From Acanthaster planci (taxonomy: Eukaryota): 64,000 bases of DNA. Shown here piece after piece: positions 1-43,134 of the stretch; position 1 is the stretch's first letter; the number at the start of each line of letters is the position of its first letter. A program made the translations under genes and the position numbers. The notes beneath the pieces are model-generated. The model worked only from the letters and a program-made list of their open reading frames with translations. It did no database searches and had not been told where the DNA came from. Where the stretch lies: NCBI RefSeq assembly GCF_001949145.1, contig NW_019091357.1, forward strand, positions 4,426,228 to 4,490,227. Reading direction: 5' to 3'.

Positions 1-27
1 CACGTTTTTCCCCAATGTCTTTCACAG

Positions 28-23635
<23,608 letters not shown>

Positions 23636-26600
23636 ATGCAGCACTTTCCAGGCGAGCCATCCTGTCTCAAGCAGATGAAGGATTCAGGCTGAGAGAAAAC
23701 CCTCACTAACGTCATTCTAATCATGATTCATTTTACTGTGTGTGCTGAAAGATTCCTGAGAATCTACCTTTGGTGTTGTAAGATTTGCCAAGATCAGTAC
23801 AGAGTATGACGAACTCTACTCTGTAGCACACACACTGCTGTGTGTTATCATTGCATTAGACTTACAGGATACAAATGCCTAAAACTTTTCCCACATGACA
23901 AGTCCATCTCTTCTGCAACTTTAATACACAAATTCATTTGGCTAGAACAATCAGAGCCTTCCCAAAGTGAAATGGAAAAGGGAAAGCTCTGGACTGGCTT
24001 TGAGTTAAGACTGTTAGTGCATGTGAAACAGGGAGGTTATTTTTTCTGTTGTTGTTCAGAAGATGCAGCAGGCAGTTCTGACATCCTTCCAGTTTGGCCA
24101 CATTGTAGTCTTTCATTGTGACTGTCATCCCCCCGACCTTCCCAGAAAGTTTTAAAAATCGACAACTGACCGACTAAACCTGATTGGAAAATGGAGAAAG
24201 GCGCATACAATTTCAGACGTGTGTGAGTCAATAGGGGGTGTTGCAAGTAGTTCTGAAGCATGTTCCCATGAGAGCTGACCCTTGACCTTAAATATGAATT
24301 TTGACATATTTCCGTGACCCTGATCGACGGTGACCACTTGAATTTGAAATTCTCAGTAATAAGTTACTCTGATGCAGATTATAATGAATTGTATGCAGAA
24401 TATAGCATTGTTTCTTTTTTTTCTGGTTTGAGTTTTTTTTATGCACAAAACAAATAATTTGTACCTTGCAATGAATCCTGGAACTGTGTGCTTGTACATA
24501 GAAATGTTGTTCTTTTATTCCCCAACAGGGTTTACTGTTGAAGTTTTGTCAGTGAAAATGCAACCCTTTCACTGTTCACTCTTTTCTGCCTTTTGGACGG
24601 AAAAATACAAGTGTGTGCCAGCCACTCACAGAAAGCAAACTTTCATTTATTTTAGCTTTTCTATGAAAAGACATTTCCAAATTTCAAAAGTCCTTGATGA
24701 CCTGCAATGAAATGGTGTGGGTTGAAGAAAAACTATTTTGCTTGTTTCATGTGGCGGAAACCAGCTAGGCATTCATCGCCTGAGTGACTGGTGTCTAACA
24801 GCTTCCTTAATGAACGTTGATGAATTATTCTAAACTGTTCACGTGAATGTGATCTGTCAGTACTAGAAATGGAAAAGAAAAAAATATGTGCTGGAAATAG
24901 TGCCCAAAGATTGCCTCTGAAAAAGAGTGGTGTGAAGAAAACGACCTATTGATTTAGGAAATTCCTACCTATACTGATCCAATTGTAGCATGGATGGTTT
25001 CCATTTCATTGGGGTGGGCACCGGCCACCTCTGACCAATCAGATGGAATGTATAGTAAATGATTGTGAATATGATTTCGTAGCTTGTCTGGCATTGGCCA
25101 GTCCATTACAAAGCCTGTAGAGAGGCCAAAACAAGCAGTGTGAAAGGCTGAATCAGGAAGAGCTTGTGATTTCACTAAAGAGGTCAAAGGGTGTAAGACA
25201 CACCCAGTAGTTAATCAGTCAATAGCAATCCTATTTAAAAAAAAAGAAAAAAGCTCCAACGCCTGTAAATACAAGAAAAGAAGTAGTGTAACTTAAAAGA
25301 CGTCAATGTATGTATATGCTATGAGTTACTTTAGACAGGGACTGTGCAATAAATTCCCCATTCGTTTTGTGCTGTGGCATGTGGTCTTGCGCATCCTATG
25401 TGCAACTTATTTATTATGTATGAGTGTCAGACAGTGCGACATATAGTGCAACGGACCAGTGTGATGGAGAGAGAGTGTGCGAGAGTGTGCAGTATATTTT
25501 GTATGGCCATGAAGATATTTTAGTATTAAACTAAAATAGTTACAATACTAATTTCATCTACTGTTATTGAGTAGCATAATTGATGTTGACATTTTGTGGT
25601 GATACTTGTGACCGTTTACCAATGGAGTCTGTGGCATTTGTTTTAGTTTTTCGTCAAGGAACATTGATCACCGGGTTTTCTTCTTGTCGTGAGCATTTCC
25701 ATGCAAGCTTTAGCTAACTTTACAAAAGTGAGATTTGGAAGTAAGCACCTGAGGCAGCGGTGTCTTTAGATTTGGTTGGAACTTCCAAAGTTTCCTGTGG
25801 TCTTGACTGTTTTTGGTGTACGTGCCTGTAGCTATGCATCTTACATTTTCAGAGCAATTCCATTTTTCCCATTATTGCCGTACCGTAAGTGGCTTCATTT
25901 GGAAGCCATTTCTGGACCCTCTTCACTAATGTCGGCAAGAGATGCGCAGTGGGCGGGACTCTTGTGCACATTCAATTGGAGAGTGCTTCCCCTCCTGTCG
26001 TGAGCCATCGTCTCCTACAGTATTAACAAAGTGCCCTCATCCAAGACTGTATGTACAATGCAGAGCACTCGAGACCATTTGCTGTGGCGTAGCTTGGGCT
26101 GGTTTGTCCAGTGGAATTGTCCTTAATAAAGCAGACAATCCTGGACCGTGTCACTTTTTCCTCTTTTGCTGAAGCTTCTCTACTACGAAATATGCACAAA
26201 TACATGTACATGGACGCATTATGCATTTCGTATGCAGAGTCATCTCACTGCCTCGACTAAACTTCAACGGGCCTAAATTCTGGCCGGCACATCCAGCGGG
26301 ACGTTCCTGCAGGCTTTCAATGCTTCAGAGGGGGAGTAACCGTGAAATGTGTCAAGCCCGTATTTGTAAGCAACTTGGCCTTCTCAAACTCCATCAGTGG
26401 GGAAGTTTTGATTTGTCTCGCCACCTTTCCACCCTTGCTGTATTCAACTCGAGTAGCCAAGATGCTGTTGATGATGCCAGACCAACTGATGCCATTCTTT
26501 CCATTTGATTAGGCCCAAAAGAAAAAGTCTCTGGTTTCTAGTCAGGAGCTGGCTCCAAAAGTGGTGCCCTCGCTTTTTTTCCGGAAATGATGTATGATAT

Positions 26601-27532
26601 GATATATGATATGATATAACGCCGGCCGTTACCAATACTAAAATAGACTGACCCCCCGTACTTTTACTGTTTAAAAGCATTTTCAGCTTGTACAGTGCAC
26701 AGGACATAAGACCACCTCGTTTGTCAGGTTCCCAGATGTAAATGTATAATACAGCAATGACGTCATCTGAAAAAGAGTGCCCGTCGGAATGTGTAGGGAA
26801 CTAAAGGGACTCCTTTACTGTACATATTACTCAACTGTACCCCATCGAAAGCACGTAGCAGGATTCCAGTCGATTAAAGCAAGTTTGACAGCTTTTGTAC
26901 ATTGTTTTATACCAAATAAACTTTTTTATTTTGCCGATGCGCAGGTCTTCGATGATGTGCGTGCTGACCAGAAACCGGAGACTTTTTCGGCCCTAAATAT
27001 TTTAGCAATAATTTATATTTATGCATCACAGTCCTTGCATTTCCAGTGGCATTTTGTCAGTCCAAGGCCTTTGGGTACCGTTGTCAGTGTTGCGAATGAT
27101 CAAACAATTCCTGCTTCTACCACTGTGATAAAATGGAGGGCCACGTAATACCAACATTGCGTGCCCTTTTGTTTTTCTCCAGTAAGTTTGCTGTCCGTAT
27201 TTTTCGACCAAAGAATGACATTTCGGTCGTGCACATTGTAGCAAGAAAAGCAGACGCCATGCATTGAAATCCATTTTTAGGAAGAATGCGATTTATTTCT
27301 TGTATTAATTTTTGGAGAAATGTGTACTCTTCAGCTCCAAGATTCCAGCCTTCCTCAGATCATCTGTGTTAAACTTCTGATGCAATGGAATAACAGTTGT
27401 AGATATTACCTTATGTAGAACTCATTTTCTGTAGCGTTAAGAACTTAGGCAACTAACTTCATTTGTTCCTTTTTTTCTCCCCGAAATGTACTAAATGTTT
27501 ACACGATGTGATTATGTGTATCTTGTCAGTGA

Positions 27533-27538
27533 AATAAA
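27533..27538 (+). terminator. Candidate Myt1 polyadenylation signal (others at 25348 and 26915)
   Basis: AATAAA followed about 20 nt later by a GU/U-rich stretch (tctgtctgctttctgttcttc). Confidence 0.4.
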
Positions 27539-30500
27539 GTTTCCGATGGAAACAGTGATTCTGTCTGCTTTCTGTTCTTCTGAAAGGGGGGGACACAGAC
27601 ATTGGTCTTCAGCATTTTCTGGAGATTTTTGGTTTGCATGGCCCCCTTCATCTCAACAAGGAATTGGGCCTCTTGGGAATAGGGTCATTTTCCCGATAAA
27701 AGTGGCACTGTTGTTTTAACTTGGACTCCCTGCCTGTTCTTATTTTCTGAACCAAAAGGGTCTCCTGTGGAATAATCTTGAAATGTGTATGCACGTTTCC
27801 CAGGAAATACACATGGTGTTGTAGAGGTATTCCAGTGAAAGGGCAATGTTGGGGCATCTTGCCGAGCCAACATAAGGCCCAAATATCTTCGGGAAAGTCT
27901 TGAGATATCAATTGAAATCTAATTGCAAAAACTGGATGTCTGGCCAGGTAGACATGCCTGCTTTTGGGCCGAGATGCAGTCTAAGTTCCACCACGTCAAG
28001 CTGTTAAATTCTCTCACAAACAGTAAATTATACAAACACCATGGCGCAGGTACTGAGCACGCAAAATATCATTTAATGTGCACTGAACTAGTTTGAGTGG
28101 CACCATTGCAACACTAGGCTGCATGTAGTTGAGACTACACAAGCCCCCTTTAATGAATGTGCATGTATAATCTCCCTTATCATGAGCTGCACTGCTTTTT
28201 TCAAGGGGTGCAAGTTCATTGCAATTTCTAAAGGAAGAAAAAACTTGGCAAATTTTGAAATTATTATTTCTCCCAAGGGTCGATTTTGACCTTGGATTAT
28301 AACTGGTTGGAACATCACACAAAAGACATGCAAGGGTGTATCTGCCACCTGCAATGAAGTCTCAATAATGAATGGCTTTCATACGAATATTCCCATTTGT
28401 AACCAGCTCTAATAGACTCTATACATGTTTTCTGAAGATGAATTGGATCACCATTGCAAAATTCAGTGAAAATAATTCTCAAAATATCTTCAAATGCGGA
28501 AATGCCAATTCTGTTCGGGTACAATGTCCAATTTTTCAATTCAAACTTGGGCCTATGTACATGATTTTTTTCTTTTCCCAATCAGAGTACCTGGGAAATT
28601 TATACTTAATTATCAAAACCATCCAGGTAAAATGTTCCAAGAGAATATCCGGATTTCTTTTCTAACTGTTGCTACATACAACACTGATTATTAAGCAGGT
28701 TGCAAGCAAACCAACTTGTCAACAGATGTAACACTTGAGGCAATAAAAGGCAAATGAATAATTCCTTAGCAGTAATTTTTTTTTTTTATTAGTGGCAGAC
28801 TCGGCAGAGTTCTCCCCTTGGCTGAGGATTCCAGTCATGTCAGCATAGCGACAATTGGCTTCACCATTTTTTTTAAGTTAATGACCACGGGGTCCCAGAC
28901 CCTTCCACTTCATTCCAGATTTACATAGGGTGAGCTTGCTTGTCCTGAAAATGTCAAAAATTAAAAAGATGTCTCACTTGACACAATTACATTGAAGTTA
29001 CTTCTTAATGACGGTGAAGCTGTGGGCATTCTTTCACACTGTTTTTTCTATATAATTTACAGTCACATTTTTCTCAATCTGGATCATAAAACCTTTCAGA
29101 TTGCAGCAAATGACACTGCGGGTCTTAAACACACACCGACTAAATGAAATTCCAAAAAATTCTTCACAATAGACTTTAACCGATGCCACATCAAAAAAAT
29201 TTAACCAATTCTATTCACATTCCTGCAAGTTCCTTGGATTTTGACACTTCACAGGAAGATCTTAATACAGAAAAATGCGCACAAGGGCAGAATAGTTTTT
29301 ATATTTACAGTTATTTTTAAATAGCAAAATAGTTTCATTCGATAATTGTTTACTTGTTATCTCTAAAAAAGGTTTTATAATTTAACTTTTTTCAAATAAC
29401 ATTATGAGTATTTACAATGTTTGGATTGAACTTTCCAGTTTGTTTCTTGTGGCAACAGAACCTCACATGAAGACCTTAAAAATTGCGTAATTCTTTCTTT
29501 ACACTAAGAACACCTTTTGAACTGATTTTATCAAATGCTATGATAAATAGCTAAACCACAAGTATTTATTTGCTTGCTAACTAGTATGTTGTTACCAGCT
29601 GAAGTGCTGCAAAATACATTGCGTACTGCCATTGGCTGGTAATCTGTAGGGCAGCCAATCAGATGTGTCTTGCGGTTTTTTAATAGGTATTGCTTAAATT
29701 GAATTTGGAAACAAAGATCTTGCACTGAGATATGTACCTCAGACCTAAAACCCTTGCTTCTGAGAATCGGTGCTTACAACTGGAACTGCAAAGTGTGCTT
29801 TCACTAAAGACATACATGTACAGCATTGGTAAAGCTTTTAACATTAATGCTTAAGAGGTGTTGAATTCAATATGGGTAACTTACTGGTGATCAATTAAGC
29901 TTAAATTTAATACGCTTGACCAAAACTTTGCTAGAAACAAACCATGCTGTGCAATTCACAAGCCAATTACAGCCCAAGAGGTTGGCATAAATTGAGGCAC
30001 AGAACACAATGGCATTTGGTGTCTGTTCTGCAGTTTGTTGGGAGGTTTACATACATTCCCTTCCACTACAATTAGCCAAATAAATTTATTTTTGTTTTTG
30101 TCAAGATGTCAAGCTTTTCATACTGCTTGTGCCTGATTTTGCCAAGCAGTGCAGGAGCTGTGCCTGAATTGCCTGGCCCATGCTGAAAATGACACACCAG
30201 TGAAAGCTGCTAACTAAGGTAAATCTGAAATATAATTCATGCTCAATTTGCCCCTAGATGGCTTCCTGCATTTGCCATTGATGCACGTCTTATCTGCAGC
30301 TACATGTACAACCACATGATTCAGACACCGTCTGATTTTCCTGTCCATGTAAGGAAACGAGATGGGGATCTAACATGGTTGCCAGGCAACCATGCAGATC
30401 AACCTCTCCCTTCACGCCTCTCAAGTAGGCCAACAGCGATCAAATATGCTTATTTGGAGCTTTATCTATGTACAGTGTAGGATCGACTCTCCATGCCGGC

Positions 30501-31302
30501 CTTTGACACATTTGAAGTGAACATAAAACCTTTGGCCAATTTCAAACACTGGAGGTAAAATGTATTGAGCTCGACAAATTGGTTATGCATTCACACTGTA
30601 AACTGTGGAATACGTAGTCTATGTCCTGGACATTAAATAATGTTGTACAACAACCAATTGAGAGACACAATGGCAAAATAAATTAAAGGAAATCTAACAT
30701 CTTTGTAATATCTCAAGAAGGTCAATTCAATACTTGCCACAAGCACATGATACATATTGTACCGATATAAATCATCTTTGAATTATATTTACAATATTGT
30801 AATGATTATGCTCTTTATACATTTACAGTAACGTTCTTTCAATCCTCAAAACAAACCAAGCAAAAATTCCATTAATTTCTTGTTTATTATCATTTTTTTA
30901 AACATACCCTCCAAAAGATCAGCGGAGTGTTGCGTTTCTCGCTGCTACATGCAGATTTGCAGATTTGTTGGCCACAGACCATACTTTGTACATTTGGAGA
31001 AACTTTCATGATCAACCTTCAGCCCCAAAAAGGTACTTGTGCAATATGCATCTAATGAAAAGAGCGGGCTGAGTGGCGATGTATCAATCCTGCTAGTTTT
31101 CAAATGCCTTGTAGTATCAGAGTCTGACCAATCCGGTTGGCTCTTTTCAGTCACATGTTCATCTATCAACCAATCAGCAAATCAGACCTGATCATATCAT
31201 TCTGCAATGTCAAGTAGGTGTGGTGCAACTGACATCAGAAAGAGGGAGCCGTTCTTCAGCTCTCACAAGGATTAAGACGAGTCTGTTTGCTTGAACCCTA
31301 GT

Positions 31303-39315
<8,013 letters not shown>

Positions 39316-39385
39316 CTAAGACTAAGGGATGAAAGGGGAAGGGAGGAATTGACAGGGGAGGAGTATCTTTGGCTTGAAAGCCTAC

Positions 39386-39589
39386 CTGACGCATCAGTCT
39401 GCGTCGTCGATGTCAACGTGGCATACCTACCAAGTGCAGTGCGATCTAAGAGATCAACTATCCCCAAGGCTGAACGGCCTCAGCCTTGGTGGCTGCCAGC
39501 CACCATTGGATCAATGGTGGGCACTTCATTTTGGCTACTGTTGACTCCCTGGTGCAATGAAGCCCACCTGCCTTCTACACCTGCTGCAT
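39386..39589 (-). other. Candidate Pcmtd 5' UTR exon (204 nt), hairpin-rich, with upstream AUGs
   Basis: Minus-strand acceptor cctgccag|ATG at 39590 and donor TCAG|gtaggc at 39385. A 64-nt intron with a strong pyrimidine tract leads to the acceptor at 39322. Confidence 0.55.
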
Positions 39590-40724
39590 CTGGCAGGTTT
39601 AGGGATTAATCAGCTGACTTTGAAAGTTGGCACAATGATTTAAACTTTCTAAAATCAAAACTGACGTTTACATACTGTACAGAACATGTAAATGTACATA
39701 CACCAGCTTGGAAAAGTCACCGAAGTTTTGCTTCATGAGTGCATTAATGTAGTCTAACTCCAAATCCCCCGTCAAAAAAAAAAAAGAAGAAGAAAATCAA
39801 AAAATTTTGACGCATTGCAAATTAGACAGGTTATGCTTGACTGGGCCTTTTCAACAGATCTATGCTTCAAGACAGCAAGACAAACATGTGGTGTACCCTT
39901 CCCACATTCCGGTAGCCATGACAAAATGAGGTCATAGGCTGGACGTTACACTGCTCAGCAACAGTCGTCAGTATATGCACATACACACCCCACACTCGAT
40001 AATGAATGGTGCACTGGCCGGCACATTGTGACATTGATATTATACCTGAAAATCAGCATTCACTTTGGATTGCTACTACTGCCTACAACATGGCGACTTC
40101 TTGTTCAATGAGGAGGATATCCCACTTGAATACGAAATTCCTAAGTTTTTTTTACCAGATGGTAAGTGAACTTAACCACCACCCACTGAAATCTTTGCTT
40201 ATCACGGAATCCTACAGCGGGTGCATTAAAGACCTTCAGGAGTGTTTTGGGAATGGAATCTTAGGGTTTTGATGTGTGGTAGGCCTATGAGCTATAGGGC
40301 AGCGGGATTCTCACAAAATGGCAGGTACCAATCCGGTGTAAACAACGACCATGGCGACGTACGCCTGCACCAACCAGCCGAGGATCGGATGACACCAGTT
40401 TTTCTTTGATCAGTATGCACACACGCGCTCGTTGCAGTTGTTTTCATCGGTGCGGCGTGGTTGCTACCCGCAATTCTGTTAAACTCCTAGATGTTTGCGC
40501 TGCCCCATTCTCGCAGTCAGACATCCAGGAACTTCTGTACATTACTGAACAGCACGAAGGGTAATTTGCCCTTTTGCGTCATGTTAAATGTTCGTAGTGA
40601 CGTCATGCCAACCGCAAGAATTTAATTTGAGTGAACATTGAAACTAATAAATATTACACAAGCCTGTGGAAGGTTCTTCTACGACCCTACCACTGCTTGC
40701 TCAAATATTAAAGGAAGAGATTTG

Positions 40725-40962
40725 TAGGCTTCTTGTTACATGTCTCAGACTGTCTGGCAACCTATGAAGACCGGGCATCTCTGGAATTCCTTGCCGGATG
40801 AATTGAGGGACGAAAATGATCTCTCACGCTTCAAACTCCATCTAAAAACACACCTTTACAATCTTGCTTTCCATCTTTAACTTTCCTAGACCTGCCCCTT
40901 TGAATGGTACTTCCCAGATACTGTGCACATTATAAATGCTCTAGGCCCTATTTATTATTATT
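40725..40962 (+). mobile_element. L2/CR1-type LINE 3' fragment
   Basis: 40779-40880 encodes LWNSLPDELRDENDLSRFKLHLKTHLYNLAFHL*, typical of an L2/CR1 ORF2 C-terminus; short 3' UTR ending in (tta)n. Confidence 0.8.
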
Positions 40963-41416
40963 TTGTCAGACTAAAATCTAAATAAGCCTAAGACATCCGT
41001 AGGCCTACACATTCTGTTCAAATTAGGCCTATGTCAGTATCTGCTGAACAGTTAGGCTAGCTTGATTTTGAATTTTGTATTGTAACTAGCATACTTTATG
41101 TTCACATTTCTGCCTCGAGGTTTCACTTTCAGCTACGATCAGCGACATGGCATACACCTTCCTTGATCACCGATAAGCTGGACATGTTATTGCTAGACAA
41201 AGAGACCAAGATGAGGGATATCACTTGACAATGTGCATGTACACGTACGCCAGCACACACATGCAGCTCAAACATGACAACTAACTAGCGTTAGCTTTGG
41301 CTTAAAAAACCAAAACAACATTATTGACACCCGTCAAAACACCTCCAGAAAACACCTTGTTCAGTCGCAACTGCAGAAACCAACAGCTCATAACAATCTA
41401 CAGCACTTAGGTTTAC

Positions 41417-41540
41417 CTCTGCCGAAACTTCTGTCTAAACCAGCTTCCGATCCTGGGGAAAAAATCGACAGATTCCGAGTGCGACTCCCGCGAAATCCTG
41501 ACTACTGCGACATAATATACAGGGACCTATGACGTCATTC
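41417..41540 (-). promoter_or_regulatory. Candidate Pcmtd promoter / first non-coding exon
   Basis: CpG-rich patch; palindromic CRE ATGACGTCAT at 41529-41538; E2F-like TTTCGCGG (minus) near 41488-41495; minus-strand donor GAG|gtaaac at 41416. Confidence 0.45.
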
Positions 41541-42556
41541 AAAACAAATCTGCACAAAAGACATACGTCTTGATGTCATGGCTGAGGCTGTCAGTTGCAC
41601 GCACTTCTATTGGAAGTGTATATTGCCGCCAGCCAGTAGCTTCCATTCGCACAAGTGTTAATCCTTGTCGTAGCCGTTTCTAACGCACCATATCCACACG
41701 TACGTATGGTGCATCATGTGGCCGGGGTCTTTAAACATCCGGGACTTTTGGTTATTTTAATTATGCAAATTACCTCTTCCAGACAAAAAAGTTACATAGC
41801 GCCACCAATAGTTGTTAGAAAGTTAATCCACATGGTTAACTTTTGCTACCAAGTCGTGCAAGTGAAACGCGCACATGCATGCAGCAGGTAAGAAAGTGAA
41901 AAACGCTTTTCTTTAAATCAAAAGTCTCAATAAAGTTTTTCTTGTGGCATATCATGAAGCATTCATGCGTATTGAAATCCATTAACTTTTTATATTTGGT
42001 TATATTGCCACTGAATTCCAGTTTTGCTGTTCGGTTTAAAAAGAAACAAGCTGAGGCCAAAAGTTCAACCAATGTCAACATATTATTAGGCCCTGGCCGA
42101 CATCATACATGTAATCAAACATGTCGACATCATTGCTTAAAATGACTTTCACTTTCTTTGATATGATGCAATAAATATTGAATAATTGACTATGACTGGG
42201 AGTTCGTTTCTTGTAAATGAGAGACAGTGTGAATGCCACCTTAAAACCTCAGTGCAGCTGACACCGACTGACATTTTAATAATAATAATCATGATGGTTG
42301 ATCATCCCATTCGATCTTTACCCCCCAGGACTGTGGGGTTCGATGTCTGCTGCGGTCCCCACCCAAAACCATGGGGGTTCATTCGTGGGAGTGCTGTGGA
42401 TATCGAAGCCCACAGTTAACAGTTCTGGGGGTATACACTCAATCATAGATTCTTACAAAACTAATTGCCGGCCTCAGTTTTAAGTTATTGTACTGAAAAA
42501 GCAAAGAATATTGGTGAATGCAAAAGTCATGTAACAAAGTGCATCATTAAATTTAA

Positions 42557-43134
42557 AGGATCCATGAAATGAAATTTTCTAAAAATCACTTTTTGTGTAT
42601 CTCTGTACTCTCCATGTATGAAAACTGTTTGACATCTTGTTTGAGTTATGTTGACTTGAAAGGGGCACATTCAATGTTGATCGAGCATTTCTGGACAAGT
42701 GAGGGCGCTTTTGCTTTGCTGTAAATCCAAGGAAGACATGGTTGAGGTTGCATGTTTTCATGTTCAAATTATGAACTCCAAATTTGCTATCTGGGAACAT
42801 TCAAGTCAGTGAAAAGATTACTTGCTGGCTTTTTGCTACATACTAACATAACAGTAAATTACCAAAGAAAATGAAATCTACCTTCGCAGTATTTAAAAAA
42901 GCTAGAAATTTTCTGTGCACAAATTGATGCAACATTGAGATGCAGTGCCTTAGATAACATCATGGTTTTGCTCATGAATATGCAAATATATATTAGCATA
43001 AAAACCAATAAGGCTCCAAAATATGGGTTAAAATTGCAAAACAAAAAATTTTAAATGAGGTTAATTGAAACCCAAAGATGCAATTTCAAGGGATTTAGTA
43101 AAACTTATAGAACTATTTCTGTTTCATGTTTCCT
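42557..43134. mobile_element. Kolobok-like non-autonomous DNA transposon, copy 1
   Basis: TTAA|AGGATCCATGAAA ... TTTCATGTTTCCT|TTAA; collinear similarity to 50156-50728. Confidence 0.7.
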
